From assembly GCA_964016885.1 (NCBI GenBank), contig OZ024740.1, forward strand, positions 145,080,001 to 145,144,000: a stretch of 64,000 nucleotides of DNA, given 5' to 3'. The stretch is from Eledone cirrhosa. Its lineage: Eukaryota. Below, in pieces: positions 52,115 through 64,000 of this stretch. The notes beneath the pieces were generated by a model. It searched no databases. It had not been told where the DNA came from and saw nothing but the letters and a program-made list of their open reading frames with translations. The position numbers and the translations under genes are program-made. Each line of letters opens with the position of its first letter. Within the stretch, counting starts at the first letter, position 1.

Positions 52115-55100
52115 ACAAACATCTTCGTTTACTAAAATTATAACAAAATTAAAAAAGAAAAGTGAGATAAAGAACTGCACTTCATACAATAAATATCTTT
52201 TATTAAATTTTTCCTTTTCTTTCATTGTTTGCAATGTAATTTTTATGGAAGTAAGTTGCCTGATTTTCTTTCTTTTTCTAAATGATCAATATTTCAAATA
52301 TTGGAGCTTTTAGTAAAAATGGCTTCTTTCTGTAGTGAAGTGATGTTAAGGTAATTTAGTAAGATACTTATTAAATAACCAACAACATTTTAAAAAATAA
52401 CTAAACATTTAAGAGGAATTGTTGTTAATAAAATTATCTAATTGTTCACACCATTAACCTTGTGTTTATAGGAGGGAAAACATGCTTAATATTTATATCT
52501 AACTTGTTTCATCCTAGATGTGTTGTACACTTACTACGAGACTAGATTCAAACTATGAACATTTAGGTATTTCTAAATGCTTTTAGTTCAAATCCACCCA
52601 GGTATTGTGTACATATCCAGGAATAAGATGTTAATAACAATCAAAAATCAAATTGCCTGAAATGTTGTGCAGGAGTAAATATTGAAACTTTGGATCTGTT
52701 TTAATTGCTACTTTTGTAGCAATTAAACAGAGACAAATATACACAGATTGTATATTTGGCTGTGCTTGTGTCACATTGCTGACAATGAATCTGTGTAACT
52801 ATTTCTTTAGATATTGTTTATGGGTCTTTAAGATGTTGTTAAGTAAGAGGAATAAGAAGAATCATTTGGTATTTTTTCAAGCCATTAAATACCCCATCAT
52901 GTATGGCCTGCTGCTTTGAAATAGCCAATTATGGTGATATGTCCAAACAAATGACAATGATTCTTTAACAGCATTAAGCTTCAATTGCTTGTGACTGCAG
53001 CTTTTGTAGAGCAGTATCTTGGTCAAAATATTTGACCATCAAATTTCAAGATAATTTAACTGTTTAAATAAAAAAGAAATTAAAACTTTTTTATCTCTTT
53101 GCTTGCCATTTGCCAGAGGCTCAGTGATTATATTTCTTCAATTCAAACTGTCCCTAATAAAGAAAACTATTATGAGCTCTACAATGTCTTAAATATGGTC
53201 AGGTGTTAAAAATTGGCATTTATTTCACACACTGGTGTAATATATAGTAAAACATCAATGTTTTCTGTTTGACGAATCTTGATCGGTGAGGTATTATTAC
53301 TATACAATTTAGTAAGTTGTTACATTCATACCTTTCCCATAGGTAGTAACTACTTATGAAGAATAGCAACAACTATTCTTCACATATTTCTATGTTAAGT
53401 CCCATCCAATAGATACGACCTAACACAAAAATATGTTTTGTGATAGGATCACTGTTAGATTTGATGGTAGCATGTATTGTGACTGAGATAGATGTGAATT
53501 ATAGCAGAATTTCGCTAATAAAAAAAAAAATGCAAACCAATGAAAAGATGCATCATTTAAAAAAAAGAAAGAAAGAAAACTTGGATCATCCAGCTACTAG
53601 AATCCATTATTTCCAAATGTGTGTGAACACAGCAATATAATTATTATAAGCTTAATGACAGGGCATCTTTTGAATTCAGTCTAGTGCCTAATTAATCACA
53701 CATTAACATGAGAAAGAACTATAGCATAAAAGATATGTATTCTATTTGGCTACTCTGCATTTCTATATGTGAGTGTGCAGGAGATTGGGTCTTGTATTTT
53801 ATTCAAATTTTAATTGGTAGCAAGCAATATTACACTTTTTTTTTTTTTCTAAAGAACTGCAGTTTTTGTCTTTCCTTAAAAATATTTCAATCAATTTCCT
53901 TTCTGATGACATATTCACTGATACCTGTCCTAATCTAGCTTGTAGAAAACCCTATAGTAAAACTCCTGGCTAAGTTGCTAATTTGCTTTGTAGTTTCCAG
54001 TATATTTAATGTTTTAACTCATTTCCCCTCACCTGTCTTTTCTGCTCTTCTAACATTCTGCTGTCATCTGTTTGTCTTAAGATCTGGAAGGAAGATAGAA
54101 TAGTGAGTTAGTAAAACTGGTAAGGTATCAAACTAAATGCTGTAATAGTGTTTAATTTTACTTCACTACATATGGATTTCAAATCTTGTCAAAGTTAACT
54201 TTTTTAAAATCTTTATATGATAAAATATATACTCTTGGATTGATCTCATCAAAAATTCCTATTCTTTGTAAAAATTGGTGAGATGCTAAGTCAGATGAAG
54301 TTAATTTGAAAGTAAGATACTAAGGAAAATTTACTGCTTTAACTTTAATCTATGGGATTAGAGTGTATAGGCAGAGCTGATTGCTTAAAAAGTTAGCTTT
54401 GAAATCATGAATTCCTTGGTTCAACCTAACTGCACAACATCTTAGGAAAACCTGTAATTCAAAGGGCTGGCTTTGTTACACACTGTCATGGTGAGTATGA
54501 TTAAATTAAAAGTACAACTGTCTGTAGAATAACATTGATCAAACAACTGAAGTATCCATTGTGAAAACTGATACAAGAACTATTTACTGGGTTGAAGAGC
54601 AACAAGCGTAAATATTTCACTCGTAAATACTTATGGGTGAAAACATTATTATTTTTTTCTTTAAATTCAGTTTCTAAATATAACCATTTATTTTTTGGCA
54701 AATCAATTTCCAACAAGAAATGCAACAAAATTACAAGACATTAGGGTCATCCCCAATATTGCATCATGAAAGATTATCGAAAAGAGCTAATTTGAATATA
54801 AAAAAAATATGCCTAAACATGGTATCCACATTTACCTATTCATCTCTCTCTCTCCCTCTCTCTCTCCAGTATATATTCAACAAGTGGTAAGAGAGCTAGC
54901 TCTATATAATATAGTATAATTATTTTAACAATATTACACATTTGGTTAAGTTTCTGTTGGTTTCTTGTATTGATCAAGCCTTATCACACTACTTAAGTGT
55001 TGATCAACATGAGGAACTAACAGTAACCCGACCAAACAGACACACAAACATGTACATACATTCACATACTCACTTGCATATATGGGCGCTCACACAAATT

Positions 55101-56437
55101 TGCTTGCTCATTCACATGCACACACAAAATATTGTCAGATATCCTCTATATATGAACAATTTCTTTTATAAAATTTATTTTTTTATATGCACTCCAATAT
55201 GGATGCTTAAATCTAAAAGACTTTTGTTACCTGATACTGAATTATGCAATCTGAAATACTTTAAATCACAGCATCTTTAGTTAAACCCCATGGTTCCTTA
55301 AATATTATGGGATAAACCAAATCTATCAGTTTTAATGAATCATGAAAAGAACCACAAAAACAACTTTCTTGAACTTGTCTCTCATTTGTGCTTCACCACT
55401 GTTATTTTTTCTTCAGTGTACACATTGCTTCTCTTATAACAATGTATAATTCTCATCACATACACACACTTACACACAAACATAAATTTTGCTCTATGTA
55501 TGAATTATACTTGTGCCAGTGTTCACCTTGGATGGGGTGATCCTGCTTTAACCAATGAATCCACAGCATTGTGAACAGAAGTTGACTATACATGGCAGAC
55601 ATCTGATGATGTCAGTCAGTTGCAATTCCATTGATGGAAACCATGTATGCAAAGACTGATGTAATTTCAAGATCTGATATCAATGTTTCCAGCAATCCAC
55701 CTTGTCATTTTTGCCATCCTGTGAGGGGCTCTGGTGCAACTACATTGTGAATGTGCTTACCTTGGAGCTAGCAGTGCATGGCCAAACCAATGGTGGAATC
55801 TTTTGAGTAAGAATTGTGGAAGGGAATCAACCAGGCATTGATAACAAATTTCAGTGTTTGACACAAAATCCAATGCATGAAAAAGGATGCAACAAAGGCA
55901 AAAATGGTCAAATACTTCTAGTTTGCATAGGTCTGTCATACTATCATACTCAACTGTGACATATTATAGCTACAGGAGTGTAGTGCAAATGAGCACTTGG
56001 TAGATACAAATATTTATGGCCAGACAGATCATCAGCTAAGACTATCCTCATAATTTCATGACTGAAACTCTCTCTGCTTGTGTTCAGAGGATGAACATTT
56101 AGCAAGGGAAAGAACTTCTACAATCGCAGCTGATCCAAGCCTTTAGAACAATTTAAGAAAATGCTGTAGAAGTGAACCTTGTCTATAAGTCAACTTGGTG
56201 AAAGCGATGGACAGGCATTGATCTTATTAGATATTCTCAAAAGAGCAAGCTGGTTAGATTAGAATCATATAGGAAAGAAGAAAGAAACAATATGCAGATT
56301 ATGTTTCAATAAAGGATAAGGTGAAAATGCCTGAGAGGAGTGTTCTGTATAAAAGTGTATACATACAAATAAAATCTCATGTCCGAGACTGTCCCTATAT
56401 TTTCAGAACCAAGTATGTATAGATGTGTGTGTGTGCG

Positions 56438-56710
56438 CTGACTGCAACCCCCTCGACTTCTTTGTGTGGGGCGCAGTGGAACGAAACAGCAACAGATCAA
56501 GCTGCAATATGAAAGACGATCTGAAGGCCAGGATCACAAGTGCCTTTAAGGACCTAAGTCGGGGTACAGTGATGAAGGCCTGGTGCCGGTTCCAAAGCTG
56601 CCTTGAGGCTGTCATCAAAGCCAATGGCGGGGTTTATCGAGTGAGATCGAAAGAACAAGTCATGAAGACAAACTGACCCAAATTTGATAAATATATCTTA
56701 AAAAATAAAA
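56438..56710 (+). mobile_element. Tc1/mariner-superfamily transposase C-terminal fragment
   Basis: DCNPLDFFVWGAVE...DDLKARI...CRFQSCLEAVIKANGG matches the SPDLNPLD..W type of motif. Confidence 0.85.
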
Positions 56711-56756
56711 CTACTATATATATATATATATGTATGTATATATATATATATCATTT

Positions 56757-57060
56757 CATTTTACGTCCACTTTTCCCTGCTTGCAAGGGTGGGACGGGAA
56801 CTGATTCTGGCTTGATTTCTACAGCTGGATGCCCTTCCTAACACCAACCTCATTTACAGTGTGGGTCTGGGAGGTTTTTTGCCGTGGCACCTCCACGAAT
56901 GATAGGGATCCCAGTCCCTATAATCTCATTTCTACAGCTGAGTAAACTGGAGAAACGTGAAATAAAGTGTCTTGCTCAAGGAAACAACACATCACCCGGT
57001 CTGAGAATTGAACTCACAACCTTTCGATTGCAAAGCCAATGCTCTAACCACTAAGCCATG
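56757..57060 (-). mobile_element. Composite SINE-like repeat, copy 2
   Basis: Near-identical to 45836-46152. Confidence 0.8.
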
Positions 57061-59850
<2,790 letters not shown>

Positions 59851-60052
59851 GTCGGGGAGAGATGACCCCTTAGCCTTTGTCAAGGCAGAATTCTAGGAGA
59901 AGGAAAACTCTGATATAACACCTGCAACTCTGATGGTATCCAATGATGTTGACTTGTTCTTCTTTTTGGTAAATATCATCTTGGTTAAGAGAGTGGGACT
60001 GGCTTTGTGCAGTGCCTTTGCTCACTATAAAAGCTTCACGGCACAGGCATTG
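59851..60052 (+). mobile_element. Probable 5' UTR of an RTE-like element, cut by the assembly gap
   Basis: Contains ctaggagaaggaaaactctga, a motif I recall from RTE-type 5' UTRs; starts directly after (TA)n. Confidence 0.4.
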
Positions 60053-60252
60053 NNNNNNNNNNNNNNNNNNNNNNNNNNNNNNNNNNNNNNNNNNNNNNNN
60101 NNNNNNNNNNNNNNNNNNNNNNNNNNNNNNNNNNNNNNNNNNNNNNNNNNNNNNNNNNNNNNNNNNNNNNNNNNNNNNNNNNNNNNNNNNNNNNNNNNNN
60201 NNNNNNNNNNNNNNNNNNNNNNNNNNNNNNNNNNNNNNNNNNNNNNNNNNNN
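60053..60252. other. Assembly gap (200 N)
   Basis: Run of n. Confidence 1.
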
Positions 60253-61410
<1,158 letters not shown>

Positions 61411-63665
61411 TGTAAAAACCCACCCACCAACCCACTATTAGATGCATTTGAGCAGGACCTTATGAACTTAATCCTTAAAATTAAATTCAAAGGACGCAAC
61501 ACCAACAGCAAATTACAGAAGGATATAAAAAAACTACTGGACGACCTTAAAAACACCAAAGGAATTGTAGTAAAAGCGGACAAAACATCAAACCTGTACA
61601 CTATGGATTGCACTACATACAACAACTTCATTCGAAAAGAATTACATAAAAAATATAGAAAAACGAGTGAAGTATCCCTTAAGCACATCAATGATGAGGC
61701 ATGCGAAATAGTGAAAATTCTCGGAATCGAAGATAGGACAGGTAAACTTTGATAATGACCCTAAAATTAGATTAATCTGCCCCTCTAAATCAGATATAGG
61801 TAAAATAAGCAAATATATCTTAGATAGAATCATCCCCCAAATTAAGGCTAAGGTTAACATTAAACTCTGGGGGAAGACCCAAGAAGCAATAAGATGGTTT
61901 AATAGCATTAGCAATAAGAATAAATCTAAGTTTATCCAGTTTGATATCGATGAATATTACTCATCGATATCACCTGAAACTTTGAATAGAGCCATTAAGT
62001 TTGCTAAGGATAACTCTGACCTTACAAACGATGAAATTAAGATTATATTAGAAGCTAGGAAAACTATAGTCAAATTTGAGAACAGTTATTGGGTACGTAA
62101 AGATAGACCCTCTAACTTTGACATAAACAATGGGCTCTAACGATTCGGCGGAAATAACTGATATTGTGGGGTTATTTATCGCCTTTAGACTCCAGGAAAA
62201 ATTCAGCAATCTCCACGGCGGAATATACCGCGACGATGTTCTCCTCCTAGCTAAAAACCTTAATAACCAAAAACTAGAAAAACTACGCAAAGATATAAGA
62301 AAACTACTACTCGAAATAGGACTAACTATAACATATGAATACAACCTTAAAGTAGTTAACTTCCTGGATGTCACACTCAATTTAAACTCTGGTTTGATTA
62401 AACCGTTTCATAAATTGAATGAAAATCTCAAATACGTAAATGTTGGGTCTAACCACCCCATCTCTATAATTAAATCTATCCCTAAAAATATTTCCCTTAG
62501 AATCTCGGGTCTATCTTCTAACATACAAGTATTTAAGGACACGCCGAGTACTACGATAACGCCCTTAGTAAAGCAGGCTACCTCAACAAAATAGAGTACA
62601 TAGATGGGAACAATCAAAACACCCAAAATAAATCCCACATAGGTAGATATAATAACACAACACCAAACCACACTTACTACCATAGTATGCACACCAGTAA
62701 ACCAACAAACAAAACTAATAGAAAGCGATGCAAAGAGTACTTATGGTATAACCCCGAATACAATAGTTCCATTAGTACAAATTTACCAGTACTCTTCTTT
62801 AAAATAATTAAAAGACATTTTCCTACATCACACAAATACCACAAAATCCTAAACCCTACCACTATAAGACTGTCATACTCTACAGCGTTAAACCTTGAAC
62901 AACACATAAAAAAGATCAATACTAGAAGGTTAAACGAAAACACTAAAAACTTAAGTACAAAGAACACAAAAAAAACAGTAGACAATACACTACAGAACAT
63001 AAATAAACCACACCTAAGTTCGTCCGCAATACTACTCCAGAGAAAACCCAACGTACACAACTGTAACTGCACCTATCCTGACAACTGCCCCCTCGGCAAT
63101 AACTGCCTGGAAAAAAATATTATTTATAAGTGTACCATTAAATCCGGAGGCAACGAGTGGTATTACGTGGGATCAACGGCAACATCGTTTAAATCTCGAT
63201 TGTATAGGCATTCTTACTCAATAAAACACCAGAGCCAAAGAAATGTAACAACTTTAGCAGAAAAAGCTTGGACGCTCAGGGATAGCGATCAAAAGTTTAC
63301 CCTAAAATGGGAGAAATTAGCTAAAACCCAAAGCTTTTCCAGGAGCCAAAATTTCTGCAAATTGTGTAATCTTGAGATTTATTACATAATCACACACAAG
63401 AAGAAACTGCTGAATAACAGAATTGAACGAACATTATTCTGCCGTCACAGAACTAAAACCCTTTTTTCCCACTACAAGCCAAATATTACATAAAAGAGGG
63501 ACATCCCCCAACTATATAAACCTTAATCTAGTTAGAAAAATATAAAAACAATCTCTTCTCAACATATATTAATAACCTTAAATTACCACACTAATAATGG
63601 AAAGATATGCTGATGAGAATAGGTGCAAATATGCGATAATGAATGTGTCTAAAAACGTCCATAAG
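61411..63665 (+). mobile_element. Penelope-like retroelement (RT plus C-terminal GIY-YIG), 5'-truncated and disrupted, probably Hydra-type clade
   Basis: [78 protein letters not shown]...CPL...CL, IIYKC...YYVGST...FKSR, CKLCNLE, CRHR. It has frameshifts near 61750, 62125 and 62540 and an in-frame TAG near 62640, and is flanked by (TA)n. Confidence 0.93.
63606..63663 (+). ncRNA. Degenerate minimal hammerhead-like motif at Penelope 3' end
   Basis: tatg-CTGATGA-gaat-aggtgca...tgtgtct-aaAAAC-GTC-cata; stem I tatg/cata; GAAA core altered to AAAA. Confidence 0.45.
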
Positions 63666-63762
63666 TATGTATATATATGTGAAAATGTATATAAATAAGT
63701 AAATATATATATATGTTTGATGTGTATAGTTAGATGTAAGTGTATTCATGTATTAAAGTGCT

Positions 63763-63814
<52 letters not shown>

Positions 63815-63999
63815 ATATGTGTATATAGATGTGTATGTATGTGTATGTGTGTACACATGGACTAGAGTATGTATGTATATATGTGTGTGTCTATACGTGT
63901 GTATATAAAGATAAGTTGAGTAGGAAAATGTATACACATGAGCGCGTATGTATGTACATGAATACATGTGTGTATATATATGTGTATGCATGTGTATAT
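63666..63999. repeat. Degenerate (TA)/(TG) microsatellite
   Basis: Simple repeat to the window end. Confidence 0.9.
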
Positions 64000-64000
64000 A

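Noticed and set aside
55500-56250. GC-richer, coding-looking stretch
   Set aside because: No sustained ORF, splice-consistent exon or recognisable motif; probably an old TE remnant that I cannot classify
61411-63493. Possible selenocysteine or programmed recoding in the Penelope ORF
   Set aside because: The interruptions are frameshifts, an apparent deletion and a TAG rather than in-frame TGA at Cys positions, and no SECIS was seen; ordinary decay fits better

Overview
AT-rich eukaryotic (animal) genomic DNA. Its repeat landscape (tRNA-derived SINEs, RTE/CR1/CRE LINE fossils, Penelope-like elements, kb-long (TA)n-derived microsatellites) resembles octopus-type cephalopod genomes; the taxon is inferred, not shown. 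The only cellular gene I can support is a spliced + strand Tweety (TTYH family) homolog. Ten exons from 441 to 40436 join with GT-AG sites and consistent phases into 1062 nt (354 codons) with no stop. Its 5' exons lie upstream of the window, and the terminal exon is uncertain (best candidate 48413-48481). Most supplied ORFs are microsatellite or antisense artefacts; the rest are transposon fragments. Most notable observations: (1) splice choices that could change the number of C-terminal PPxY motifs; (2) a Tc2/pogo-type non-autonomous element carrying a perfect 65-bp palindrome and an acidic DFEGF reading frame; (3) a 113-bp GC-rich hairpin; (4) two or three hammerhead-ribozyme-like motifs; (5) a fairly intact Penelope-like RT+GIY-YIG element in (TA)n; (6) a 5'-inverted RTE; (7) several inverted repeat pairs in the pre-mRNA that could form dsRNA. 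I found no convincing wholly new multi-gene system. Repeat boundaries are approximate (read by eye).
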